A DNA stretch of 64,000 bases from Chitinophagales bacterium (GTDB lineage: Bacteria > Bacteroidota > Bacteroidia > Chitinophagales > LD1): the NCBI GenBank assembly GCA_044226285.1, contig JBGAHI010000006.1, forward strand, positions 259,547 to 323,546. The letters run 5' to 3'. Position numbers and translations under genes: made by a program. The number at the start of each line of letters is the position of its first letter. Position 1 is the first letter of the stretch. The notes beneath the pieces were generated by a model. That model was not told the origin of the DNA and did not search any database. It was given only the letters and a program-made list of their open reading frames with translations. Of the stretch, positions 9,152-19,183 are shown piece by piece.

Positions 9152-10402
9152 TTATTTAAAGGACGAAAATAATAGTTCTAAGTAAAACATCGGATTTTTT
9201 AGCTTGGCGCGAATATTTACATCGTAGAACATAGCAGAGAATGTATCGCTAAGCGCTTTGCTTTTGACGGTACGTTTCACCACAAAATTGAACAAACGTG
9301 GATAATTAGCCAATTGTTGGAGTTTAGCACTCAGTTTCAATTCTGCTGAGAGTTTTCGTTCGATGGTGCTTTGATAGTGAATAGTTGCCTTTTCCGAGTA
9401 ATCATTTTGAGTAATACAACTCACAATGGTATTGGCCGCTTCAAAGCCACTAATCATAGCATTGCCGATACCTTCTCCTGTAAACGGATCGATAAGCATA
9501 GCTGCATCACCTGCCAGTAAATAGTGATGTCCATGTAGTTTACGCGTTTTAGAACCCAAAGGAAGACCGAAGAGCTTTACATCGTTGACAATTTCAGCAT
9601 TTTTGAATCGTTCTTTAAATTCAGGATGCTCCGTTATTACGCGCTCAAATTGCTTTTTGAGATTGATATTTTTTTGTTGTAAGTAATCGGCACGAATGCC
9701 CGCGCCAACATTGGCTTCTCCGTTAGGCAACGGGAATATCCAAAAATAGCCCGGCAAAAAATCATCCACAAAATGAAGTTCGATGAAATTCTCCCTATCC
9801 ATGTTCGACACATTGCGATAGTATGTTCGCAGTCCGAAACAATTATGTTGAGGTTCGGTGCTTAAACCGGCTACTTCTTTTGTAAACGATGAATAAGCGC
9901 CATCACATGCCACAATAAAATCGGCCGTTAGTGTTCCCCCATCCTTACATTGCGCCTGCCAAGTTTGATTTTCTTCATCGAAAGTGTAATGACGAACCTC
10001 AGTTTGTTCCATCAATTGAATCAGTGGTTCTTGCTTCACTTTATTTACTAACCAATCATCGAAATCTACGCGCTTTGATACAAAGCCCGGAGCAGGTTCT
10101 TCGGCTGTGTAACTCGGCTTGAACGGCAATCTTAGGCGATACCCGGAAGGAGAAACAAACAGAATACCGTAGGAGCCTATTGCTTTTGAAGAAGATTGAA
10201 ATTCGGCAATCCAATCGGGATTGAGCTTGCGCACAATATCCATCACTTTTCCGCTAAGGGCATCGCCACAAATTTTATCGCGCGGAAATACCGCTTTATC
10301 GATGAGTATAGATTTGACACCCAATTTCGCCAAACGCAATGCCGTTGTGCATCCTGCCGGTCCGGCTCCAACAATAAGAATAGTAGGCGTTGTATTACTC
10401 AT
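9152..10402 (-). CDS. Geranylgeranyl reductase family FAD-dependent oxidoreductase
   Basis: ILIVGAGPAGCTTALRLAKLG...DKAVFPRDKICGDALS N-terminus and the LAGDAA motif. Confidence 0.85.
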   Translation of the reverse strand: MSNTTPTILIVGAGPAGCTTALRLAKLGVKSILIDKAVFPRDKICGDALSGKVMDIVRKLNPDWIAEFQSSSKAIGSYGILFVSPSGYRLRLPFKPSYTAEEPAPGFVSKRVDFDDWLVNKVKQEPLIQLMEQTEVRHYTFDEENQTWQAQCKDGGTLTADFIVACDGAYSSFTKEVAGLSTEPQHNCFGLRTYYRNVSNMDRENFIELHFVDDFLPGYFWIFPLPNGEANVGAGIRADYLQQKNINLKKQFERVITEHPEFKERFKNAEIVNDVKLFGLPLGSKTRKLHGHHYLLAGDAAMLIDPFTGEGIGNAMISGFEAANTIVSCITQNDYSEKATIHYQSTIERKLSAELKLSAKLQQLANYPRLFNFVVKRTVKSKALSDTFSAMFYDVNIRAKLKNPMFYLELLFSSFK

Positions 10403-11881
10403 TTAGAATGAATACTGAAACCTTAAGTTCAAAGAAGAAGAAGGATAATGGTTTGGAGCCACCAAGCCCAGTAAATTGTGCGTACCCAACATGAAGTTGA
10501 TATGCCTTGTGGTATAACCAATTTCAGCGCCTAAATTGAATAGCGAATATCCGCCTCCGGAAATTGACACAGCTGTACGAAATCCATTACTAAAAAGAAA
10601 GTTTGATTTAACGTATGCCATCACATAATAATTCGAAAGCCATCGTGTTTGTATACCGTAGTTTAGTTGAATGCCAATCTTCTTTGTTTTCAACTGATGA
10701 GAAAAAGACAAACTCACAGTTGCAGGTAAATAGGTATTGTATTGGCGATGCGTTTTCTCGGCTGCTACATCTTTTACAATGGAATCTACATTTAATCGTC
10801 CGAATGAACTGCTGTTGATTTTAAGAATATTGTCGATTACTACGCCTTCAAAATGTATGGCTGTATCCTTGCCGTAATTAATGCTTTCTTTTCCCCACAT
10901 GATGAGCCCTAAGTCTTGCACATCGAATTGCAATAAGCCTTTATTGAATTGATAACCTACATGCACATCCCCCGAAAAACCGGCTCCTTTTAATCCAAAA
11001 AACGGACTTGCACCTTCATTAGCTTGATTATAGGAGAATCCATACTTTGCATCAATATATTCACCATAGGGTGCTGTGTAGATTCCTGCATTGGTTGTGC
11101 GCAATTGATTATCCATAAACCCTTGCAAAAACGAAAGATTAACGGCTGCAAACAAATTCCCTTCTTGCTTACCTATTCCTAACGAAAACTGATTGTACAT
11201 CAAGTTTTCAAAATTCATGTTGCTCAAAGATGCCGTTTTATCTTCATACATTTTATTGCCATACAACACTAAGTTGAGTGCATCTTTTGTTATGTCGGCA
11301 TAACGCATATTACGATGAAAATAACTAGCGTAAAACACCACTTTGCTCTTTGAAAAATAATGCTGATAACTTAGGCCCGCTTTCAACTCATCTTCGTAGC
11401 GAATGCGTTTACCGGGGAATGAAGTAATGCGGTCTTTGTAAGCTGTATTGATTTCACCTTTGGCTAAGAATTTCATTACAAAACCTAAGGGAAGACTGTT
11501 GGAGTTTTGGTGAAATGAGGAAGAAAAGATTACTTTGTTTGAACCGGTAGCCGATGCAACGAGAACAGGGATATCTGCTAGATAGGAAATTGAGCTATTA
11601 GAAAGTGTTGGTCCTAATAAAATACATACTGATGACGTTTTTGAAAGCGTTTGTAGTGAATCGGTTATAGGATATTTTAAATCCTGAACAGAATCAGTTA
11701 AAAAATAACTTTCCGGAATTAATTGTGGAGCAGGAGTTGAATTGTAGCAAACGATAATATTGGGATTGGGGGCCGCATTTGCAGTAACCAAAGCATCGTC
11801 AAGTAAAACTTGTTTTTTTTGAGCGCTCACTACAAGGGTAAATGATAATACAAAACATATAATAAAACTACTCCTAATCAT
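10403..11881 (-). CDS. Putative outer-membrane beta-barrel protein, family not recognised (possibly DUF5723-like)
   Basis: Signal peptide MIRSSFIICFVLSFTLVVSAQ from the ATG at 11881 (the ORF is open to 11920). Alternating beta-strand pattern and a C-terminal ...LRFQYSF aromatic end. Confidence 0.6.
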   Translation of the reverse strand: MIRSSFIICFVLSFTLVVSAQKKQVLLDDALVTANAAPNPNIIVCYNSTPAPQLIPESYFLTDSVQDLKYPITDSLQTLSKTSSVCILLGPTLSNSSISYLADIPVLVASATGSNKVIFSSSFHQNSNSLPLGFVMKFLAKGEINTAYKDRITSFPGKRIRYEDELKAGLSYQHYFSKSKVVFYASYFHRNMRYADITKDALNLVLYGNKMYEDKTASLSNMNFENLMYNQFSLGIGKQEGNLFAAVNLSFLQGFMDNQLRTTNAGIYTAPYGEYIDAKYGFSYNQANEGASPFFGLKGAGFSGDVHVGYQFNKGLLQFDVQDLGLIMWGKESINYGKDTAIHFEGVVIDNILKINSSSFGRLNVDSIVKDVAAEKTHRQYNTYLPATVSLSFSHQLKTKKIGIQLNYGIQTRWLSNYYVMAYVKSNFLFSNGFRTAVSISGGGYSLFNLGAEIGYTTRHINFMLGTHNLLGLVAPNHYPSSSLNLRFQYSF

Positions 11882-11924
11882 TACTTCTTCTTTTTTCAAA
11901 GTATTCCAACTCATGTACATTCTT

Positions 11925-14054
11925 TTATAACTTCACCTTATAATTAAACTGTGCCGTAATCTTGGCATCCAACTTATAATCGCTATAAATTTTATAATAC
12001 TGACCATTGCAGGTGCCATTGTTGGTTTGTGTATTGAAAACGGCTGTTAAAACGGCCTTATAACCTGAAAATAATTTATGAATTCGAGTACTGCTTACCG
12101 GAATACTGAATACATTTTTCTTAGCTTCATTCACCCTACAATTACCATCAACATCACCGGGCACTAAAGTATAATTACTCAAAAGTGTATCTATCGGATT
12201 GTTCAAACTATCATACACCACCAACGTAACATCACCTTTGAGCGGAAACTTGTTGTAAGTAATCAAATAGAGTGTACCACTATTGATGTTGTCGATTTCT
12301 TTAGGGCTATTGCCTAATTTGAAGCCAAAGGTATCGCGTAATGTAAGATTATTAGCCTTCACAGAAAGCGGAATGTTTAAATCCAAATTCACTTTTAAAC
12401 GCGAATCCAGATAGGCAAAGTCGTCATAGGTTTGTTGATTGCCATTCGGATTCGTACGAATCTGCACATCGTAATCAATAGAACTTGGAAGATTCGTCAA
12501 AAAGTTTTTGATATTACTTGTGGCGCTATTGATTTGGAAATCGTGTTTAGCCGGACGAAGCGGAAAATCTTGTGCACGGTTTATGGATAAAGGTTGACCG
12601 ATGACAGGCGAAGCAGAGTTATCTTGAAGACTCACTATATTGCCATTCGCATTTTTCCCGGAAAGTGTGTTTATTTTTACAATGCCGTCTACTCCTAAAC
12701 CATTTTCAATGTTTAAGGATAAGCTCACATCTTGAAAATCTAAAGCATTGGGGGCATTGCCTGCAAAAAGATTACTAAACGAGAACGGAGAATTACCTTG
12801 GAATAAAATGGTATCGCGACCTGCATAACCTTTGATGTAATTCGGCTTAATATTTTTGAGTCTATATGTAAAATACAAACTATCGCTATTGGTGATTTCG
12901 CGTAAAATACCGGAAGAATCGATGTGAGCCACCACCACTTGCGTGTATGTATTGAAATTATTGCCCTTGCTGCCGGTTAAGCCAATCGAAAAACCCGATA
13001 AATCAAAGCTCTTGGAAATGGTTGTTGGAACACCGCCAACGGAAGGTGCAACATCCGAAATGTCTTCAATTACTTTACCATTTTTATTGTACGCATTTTT
13101 CAAGCGATAAGTAATACGTAATTTCTCTTGAATTGAACTACTAATATCTACTCCCAATTCACCGGATTTACAATCAACATAAGTAAATTTTCGTTCGCCA
13201 ATGGTTTGTGTAATTTCTTGATCGGATGAAATTAAATCTTGAGACGGGAACCGAGCAATAGCTTTCTTTGCCACAATATTCGCAATGGCGGCATTAATTC
13301 CAATATAGTCGTTCGTATCAATTTTCACAGGCACACCATTACTTCCCGGTGAATTAAAACTTGTTATTTGGAACTTAAGTGAGCCTTCGAGCGTTTTCCC
13401 TGCCAAATCTTCTTCCACATAAACAGAATCGTACGGAGGAATAATGAATGGAGCTGAGTTTGGAACCGTTCCGGCTAAGACAAGAGAGTTAGAAATCGCA
13501 TTTCTTGCCTCATAATGCACATCTGTAATTGCTATAGGTAAATGGTTCACAACATAAAAGCGCAATTTACCCTGTTCTAATTCTATCGATTGAAAATAAG
13601 ATGATGCATCGAATAAGAACGGAGTAGCTGCAAGTCCATTGATTGGAGCAATAACTGCATTGTTCCCTTGATTGCTAATAAGATAATTACCAATAAACTG
13701 TTGCGTTGCATCTGTGCTCTGCTTTAACGTATTAGCAATTGTACCCAATGATGCATTATAGGTTACTCTAACTTCTGAAAATACCAATGAAGATACATTT
13801 ATGTTAGATTTTAAACTTGTATCAGGAATTCGAATCAACTGATCTGCCAAATTCAATTCATAAATGGTTGAGCGATAAGTTAGATTCACAGTGTTATCGC
13901 CATTTGCTTTTGCTAAGCTATCTTTAATTAAGTTTTCAATGGATAGAGATGTTCTACCAATTGGGGTTAGCAATTCAGTATCCCATTCTGTCTTTTGGTC
14001 TTTTTTACACCCCAGAAACAAAACCAATAATAGTAAAACCGAGTAATGACGCAT
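11925..14054 (-). CDS. Large lipoprotein, unknown function
   Basis: Lipobox LFLGC at the N-terminus. 709 aa, Asn/Ser/Thr-rich, with no motif I recognise. Confidence 0.6.
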   Translation of the reverse strand: MRHYSVLLLLVLFLGCKKDQKTEWDTELLTPIGRTSLSIENLIKDSLAKANGDNTVNLTYRSTIYELNLADQLIRIPDTSLKSNINVSSLVFSEVRVTYNASLGTIANTLKQSTDATQQFIGNYLISNQGNNAVIAPINGLAATPFLFDASSYFQSIELEQGKLRFYVVNHLPIAITDVHYEARNAISNSLVLAGTVPNSAPFIIPPYDSVYVEEDLAGKTLEGSLKFQITSFNSPGSNGVPVKIDTNDYIGINAAIANIVAKKAIARFPSQDLISSDQEITQTIGERKFTYVDCKSGELGVDISSSIQEKLRITYRLKNAYNKNGKVIEDISDVAPSVGGVPTTISKSFDLSGFSIGLTGSKGNNFNTYTQVVVAHIDSSGILREITNSDSLYFTYRLKNIKPNYIKGYAGRDTILFQGNSPFSFSNLFAGNAPNALDFQDVSLSLNIENGLGVDGIVKINTLSGKNANGNIVSLQDNSASPVIGQPLSINRAQDFPLRPAKHDFQINSATSNIKNFLTNLPSSIDYDVQIRTNPNGNQQTYDDFAYLDSRLKVNLDLNIPLSVKANNLTLRDTFGFKLGNSPKEIDNINSGTLYLITYNKFPLKGDVTLVVYDSLNNPIDTLLSNYTLVPGDVDGNCRVNEAKKNVFSIPVSSTRIHKLFSGYKAVLTAVFNTQTNNGTCNGQYYKIYSDYKLDAKITAQFNYKVKL

Positions 14055-14117
14055 GGATATTTTTTTCTAATCTTACGCTAAAAATGGAAAAACTTTCCCA
14101 ATATTTATAAAAAGAAA

Positions 14118-15593
14118 ATGCCAAGAACGTTAAACTTGCTTATTCGCTCTATAACCAACTCACCCAAATTCCCTCTAGGAGTTATTGGTTTAGCATTTTC
14201 TATCAGTTTTCTTTTACATCTTCATGCACTTAATATCGACTTAGTAAGCGTGCACGTATGGCGCCAAACGGAAACGCAAACGGTAATCAATAACTTTTAT
14301 AAAGAAGACTTCAATATCCTAAACCCAAGAATAAATTACAGAAGAGATGGAAGCGGTATTTTAAGAAAGGAGTTTCCAATTATGCAATGGCTATTTGCAT
14401 GTTTCTACAAGGTATTTGGAGAACATATTATCATTAGTCGCCTACTTACATTGTGGATTAGCTTTTTTTCCATTTTTGGGCTATATCAACTATTATTTAA
14501 GTTATCAAGTGACAAAACAATATCCGCCTTAGGCGCATGGTGTTTAACTTTCTCGCCTGCATTTTTCTATTACAGTATTTGTCCACTACCTGATAATTTT
14601 GCATTATGTCTTTCCATTTGGGGAACAACCCTTTTCTTAACCTATCTCCAAAACAACAGAATGAAATATTTCTGGGGAATGACAATTCTACTTATGGTTG
14701 GAACGCTAGCCAAACTTCCATATATCTTATTCTATACAATTCCAGTTTTTTATTTTATTCAAGAAAAAAACAGAAATGCTCTTTTAAAATTGTTCATCCT
14801 AGCTGTATCAATCATTCCAGTTGTAATATGGTATGCATTAGCCATACCAACATGGAATAACAATGGCATTACCACAGGTATCATATCCAATCAAATGCCT
14901 ATCTCTACGTGGTTTTATTACTTATTCAGTAACTTATTTTCTGTTTTCCCTGAACTTCTTCTCAATTACGGAAGTGTAGGATTGTTTTTGATAGGTGCAT
15001 ATTTCACATTAAAATATAGACCCCAACAAAAAAAATTATTTCTCTCATTTCTGGTTTGTGTGTTCTGTGTTTGTATCTATTTCCTTTTTGAGATAAACAT
15101 GATAAAAGACATGCATGATTATTACCTTTTCCCTTTTCTTCCATTTCTTTTCATTGTAGTTGCATATGGGGCAAAACGTTTGTTGGCGCTCGATAAAAAA
15201 GCAATTTCCTTTTTTGTAATCATTTCCCTGTGTTTACTTCCTCTCACAACTTTTCTGCGCATGCAATCAAGATGGAAAATTGATTCTCCAGGCTTCAATA
15301 AAGATTTGTACACCTATAAAAATGAACTTAGAACCATTTCTAAACCTTCCGACTTGGTTGTAGTTGGAAACGATGTTTCACAGTTCATTTTTCTATATTA
15401 TATCGATAGAAAGGGATGGGTTTTTAATGAGAATCAATTAGATGCTCAAACACTACAACAGATGATTCAAAAAGGGGCAAAATATCTCTATACGGATTCA
15501 AAAGAGATTCAAGAAAAAGGAGAATTGAAACCAAATATAGAAGAAGAAGTTTTTCATAAAGGCTCCATAATAGTTTATAAGTTAAAAGGTTAG
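14118..15593 (+). CDS. GT39/ArnT-like polytopic membrane glycosyltransferase
   Basis: About 11 hydrophobic helices plus a soluble C-terminal domain. Early loop with conserved acidic/aromatic residues (VHVWRQTETQ). Confidence 0.55.
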   Translation: MPRTLNLLIRSITNSPKFPLGVIGLAFSISFLLHLHALNIDLVSVHVWRQTETQTVINNFYKEDFNILNPRINYRRDGSGILRKEFPIMQWLFACFYKVFGEHIIISRLLTLWISFFSIFGLYQLLFKLSSDKTISALGAWCLTFSPAFFYYSICPLPDNFALCLSIWGTTLFLTYLQNNRMKYFWGMTILLMVGTLAKLPYILFYTIPVFYFIQEKNRNALLKLFILAVSIIPVVIWYALAIPTWNNNGITTGIISNQMPISTWFYYLFSNLFSVFPELLLNYGSVGLFLIGAYFTLKYRPQQKKLFLSFLVCVFCVCIYFLFEINMIKDMHDYYLFPFLPFLFIVVAYGAKRLLALDKKAISFFVIISLCLLPLTTFLRMQSRWKIDSPGFNKDLYTYKNELRTISKPSDLVVVGNDVSQFIFLYYIDRKGWVFNENQLDAQTLQQMIQKGAKYLYTDSKEIQEKGELKPNIEEEVFHKGSIIVYKLKG

Positions 15594-15878
15594 TTACACA
15601 TTTTCAACCGTCCACGCCTCCGGCCTATCATCAAAATGTGGCTTAACTGTAGCCCATGTTTCCGTAAAGAGCGATGAAACACGATAGTTTTCCAAATCGG
15701 CTTCATGCTCCCAAACTGAACTTGTAAAGAATATTCGCTCATCAGCTTTGGATTGCAATAGTTCAACGCCTTTACAGCCGGGGAATGCACCTATGAGTGC
15801 TTTTTTTGAGGCAAAAACTGCTTTGAATAATTCAATTGAAGCAGGCTTGAATGTCATTTTTACCAAACGTTTTATCAT
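15594..15878 (-). CDS. ABM-domain (antibiotic biosynthesis monooxygenase-like) protein
   Basis: 94 aa with a ferredoxin-like pattern: MIKRLVKMTFKP...F......I..FPGC.GVELL......F...S.WE. Confidence 0.6.
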   Translation of the reverse strand: MIKRLVKMTFKPASIELFKAVFASKKALIGAFPGCKGVELLQSKADERIFFTSSVWEHEADLENYRVSSLFTETWATVKPHFDDRPEAWTVENV

Positions 15879-15944
15879 ATCCCTTTGTATTAAAAAAAAT
15901 CCTGCTCAATTGCTCGAGCAGGACCTAATGCATAAACTTTACTA

Positions 15945-16310
15945 TTAATCTTCGTCTTCAAATACTTCTCCACCACCCATACTCGGATCATCCTGAAATT
16001 CATCGATGTTGAAATCATCGCGGTGTGCAAATGCTTGCTTCGTTACTTTAATCATGTTCAAGCGGTCTAATCGAAACGCTCTATACTCATTTCGCAAATG
16101 ACAAAACGCTACTAAATTTCTTCTTCTGTCTTTGTACACTACCGCCAAAGGCTCAACATCACGAATAGTTATTCCTTTCTCACGTGAATCATACTCTATT
16201 GTTGATAACAACGAATTATCTATAGCATTCTGTACCGTAGTCAATAGATTCGGAGAATAATGCATTTGCTTTCGCTGTGCTTGTTGATGTCTTGGGTAAA
16301 AATCACTCAT
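15945..16310 (-). CDS. Stand-alone WYL-domain protein
   Basis: RDVEPLAVVYKDRRRNLVAFCHLRNEYRAFRLDRL matches the WYL-domain core. Acidic C-terminal tail and no HTH. Confidence 0.5.
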   Translation of the reverse strand: MSDFYPRHQQAQRKQMHYSPNLLTTVQNAIDNSLLSTIEYDSREKGITIRDVEPLAVVYKDRRRNLVAFCHLRNEYRAFRLDRLNMIKVTKQAFAHRDDFNIDEFQDDPSMGGGEVFEDED

Positions 16311-16342
16311 ATTTCCTGTTTTGGTTGGATAACGAATTTACA

Positions 16343-18982
16343 CTAATCTTTAATATTACCTAAACTTTCTGAAATCGCTTTTATTTTGGCTATTGCATCA
16401 TCTCTTTTCTTCTGTTCATTCGCCAAAACTTCAGGTTTAGCGTTGGTCACAAACTTTTCGTTCGCCAATTTCTTCTCCACGCTCTCCAAAAAGCCTTTGG
16501 TGTATTCTAAGTCTTTTAGTAATTGCTCGTTATCTTGCGCCTTTTCCACCTCCCCGGTGAATACCAAAAACTCGTAACCCCGAACCACCATCGAACGCGA
16601 GAACCCGCTTTGTGCATCCGTTAATGCGCCAAAAGCATTCAATTTCGCCAACTTAGCAATGGTATCGCTGAATAACCCGAATGCAATTTGCCCTTCAGAT
16701 TTATAGAAACAATCCACCGTTTCGTGATTTTTCTTTTGTGCTTTTGCCCGAATTTCGCGAATAGACGTAACGATTTCAAACGCCAATTGCGACTCTTCAA
16801 TTAATTGCTCTTGTGCTGGAGTAAGTGGTTTCAATGCCGGATAACTACTGATACAAATAGATTCCTTATCGCCTCGCTCACGCACCGTATGCCAAATTTC
16901 CTCTGTTATAAATGGCATAAACGGATGCAACAACTGCATCAATCGCTCGAAGAAATCAATACTTTGATTCAAGGTAGTTTGATCAATCGGTTGTTGATAT
17001 TCCGGCTTAATCATTTCCAAATACCACGAACAGAAATCGTCCCAAATCAATTTGTACAAGGTCATCAACGCTTCACTGATTCTGAAATCGGTAAAGCAAT
17101 TTTCGATATCCATTACCGTTTGATTGAAACGCGCTTCAAACCACTGTCCTGCCACAGCATTTACCTTCGGTTGAGCCGCATCGGTAGTTTCCCAGCCTTT
17201 GATTAAGCGCAACGCATTCCATAATTTATTTGAGAAATTTCGACCTTGTTCACATTGCTTTTCGTCAAACAAAATATCGTTACCGGCAGGCGAACATAAC
17301 ATCATGCCCATACGCACACCATCAGCCCCGTATTGTGCAATCAAATCAAGTGGATTCGGAGAATTCCCCAATGACTTACTCATTTTTCTGCGCAGCTTAT
17401 CGCGCACAATGCCCGTGTAATACACGTTTTTGAATGGCTTCTCTCCTCTCCATTCGTACCCCGCCATAATCATACGCATTACCCAGAAGAACATAATTTC
17501 GGGTGCAGTTACTAAATCGTTCGTAGGGTAGTAATACTTGATATCCGCATTGTTCTTGTCTTTGAAGCCATCAAACACCGAAATCGGCCACAACCAAGAT
17601 GAAAACCAAGTATCCAATACATCTTCTTCTTGTCGTAATTGCTCGGCTGTAATAGACGGATTCGCAACCTTCGCTTTCGCCAAAGCTTCTTCGCGTGTTT
17701 TGCAAACGGCTACCAGTGTGCCTTTCTCGTCATACCAAGCAGGAATACGCTGTCCCCACCACAACTGACGACTAATACACCAATCGCGAATATTATCAAT
17801 CCAGTTTTTGTAGCTATTCTTGAATTTCGGAGGATAGAATTTGATATCGTCCTGCATTACATCGTCTAACACCTGAGGGTTCTTGGCGAAGAATTTCTTC
17901 ATATCCACAAACCATTGCAACGATAAACGTGGCTCAATCACTGCATTGGTTCTTTCGCTGCGCCCAACTTTGTTTTGAATGTCTTCCGTTTTCACCAACA
18001 AACCTTTCTCTTCCAACTCCTTTACCGCTTCTTTTCTGGCTTTGAAACGATCGAGCCCCACGAAACAAATACCCGCTTTGCTAATGGTACCGTCTTCGTT
18101 GAAACAGTCGATTACCGCTAAGTTATGGCGTTTCCCAATTTCGTAATCATTCACATCGTGAGCAGGAGTTACTTTCAAACAACCTGTTCCGAATTCCAAA
18201 TCCACATAATCATCGGCAATAATGTTCACTTCTCTGTTTACAAAAGGAACAATCACCGTTTTGCCAATCAACGACTGATAGCGCTCGTCTTTTGGGTTCA
18301 CCGCAATGGCCACATCGCCCATAATCGTCTCCGGACGAACCGTTGCCACCGTTAAAAAGGCATCGCTGTCTTTCAACATATATTTGATGTAGTACAACTT
18401 CGAATTTTCTTCGGAGTGCAATACCTCTTCGTTGCTCAACACCGTTTTCGCTTCCGGATCCCAGTTAATCATCTTCAAATCGCGATACACCAACCCTTGG
18501 TTATACAAATCGATAAACGAGTCTAAAACCGCATCACTCAGCGAGTCTTCCATGGTGAAACGTGTTCTATCCCAATCGCATGAAGCACCTAACTTTTTCA
18601 ATTGTTCGAGGATAATGCCCCCGTATTTATCTTTCCATTCGAACGCATATTTCAAAAATTCTTCGCGCGAAATATCGGCTTTTTTAATGCCACGTTCGCG
18701 CAACATCTGCACCACCTTGGCTTCTGTGGCTATCGAAGCGTGATCCGTTCCCGGCACCCAGCATGCATTTTTGCCTTGCATACGCGCCTTACGAATCAAA
18801 ATATCTTGAATCGTATTGTTCAACATGTGTCCCATGTGCAGCACGCCTGTTACGTTTGGAGGAGGAATGACAATGGTGTAAGGTTCACGTTCATCGGGTA
18901 CAGAGCGGAAAAACTTATTGTCCATCCAGTATTTATACCATTTATCTTCTTTGTCTTGCGGTGTATATTTAGAGTCCATCAT
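16343..18982 (-). CDS. valS: Valine--tRNA ligase
   Basis: 879 aa with PPPNVTGVLHMGH (HIGH), KMSKSLGN (KMSKS) and a C-terminal coiled coil. Confidence 0.97.
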   Translation of the reverse strand: MMDSKYTPQDKEDKWYKYWMDNKFFRSVPDEREPYTIVIPPPNVTGVLHMGHMLNNTIQDILIRKARMQGKNACWVPGTDHASIATEAKVVQMLRERGIKKADISREEFLKYAFEWKDKYGGIILEQLKKLGASCDWDRTRFTMEDSLSDAVLDSFIDLYNQGLVYRDLKMINWDPEAKTVLSNEEVLHSEENSKLYYIKYMLKDSDAFLTVATVRPETIMGDVAIAVNPKDERYQSLIGKTVIVPFVNREVNIIADDYVDLEFGTGCLKVTPAHDVNDYEIGKRHNLAVIDCFNEDGTISKAGICFVGLDRFKARKEAVKELEEKGLLVKTEDIQNKVGRSERTNAVIEPRLSLQWFVDMKKFFAKNPQVLDDVMQDDIKFYPPKFKNSYKNWIDNIRDWCISRQLWWGQRIPAWYDEKGTLVAVCKTREEALAKAKVANPSITAEQLRQEEDVLDTWFSSWLWPISVFDGFKDKNNADIKYYYPTNDLVTAPEIMFFWVMRMIMAGYEWRGEKPFKNVYYTGIVRDKLRRKMSKSLGNSPNPLDLIAQYGADGVRMGMMLCSPAGNDILFDEKQCEQGRNFSNKLWNALRLIKGWETTDAAQPKVNAVAGQWFEARFNQTVMDIENCFTDFRISEALMTLYKLIWDDFCSWYLEMIKPEYQQPIDQTTLNQSIDFFERLMQLLHPFMPFITEEIWHTVRERGDKESICISSYPALKPLTPAQEQLIEESQLAFEIVTSIREIRAKAQKKNHETVDCFYKSEGQIAFGLFSDTIAKLAKLNAFGALTDAQSGFSRSMVVRGYEFLVFTGEVEKAQDNEQLLKDLEYTKGFLESVEKKLANEKFVTNAKPEVLANEQKKRDDAIAKIKAISESLGNIKD

Positions 18983-19183
18983 AGCTATATTGTTTGATTC
19001 GCTACTCGTTCCATAAGGTCGAATAGTGTTGCGAAAATATTATTTCGCTTGTGGTTTAAAAATAAAAAGAAATAAAAGCCTTAAAGGCCAATATTAAAAG
19101 GCGTTGTGTGACTAAGCACTGACTCGAACCCAGACGGGATAATATTGAAAAAAGCAGTTTCGCATACACTAATTTATTTTTTC

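Noticed and set aside
16386-18997. Many 60-130-aa plus-strand ORFs antisense to valS; similar sets lie antisense to ffh, ftcD, the AAA+ gene and sdaA
   Set aside because: These are shadow ORFs inside long, well-supported genes and have no independent motif or start context.
19100-19150. tRNA-like fragment (minus strand cgtctgggttcgagtcagtgcttagtcaca), considered as a possible att remnant
   Set aside because: Only the GGTTCGAG T-loop octamer is convincing. The T-stem and acceptor do not pair, and an 8-mer is expected by chance about once or twice in 128 kb of two-strand sequence.
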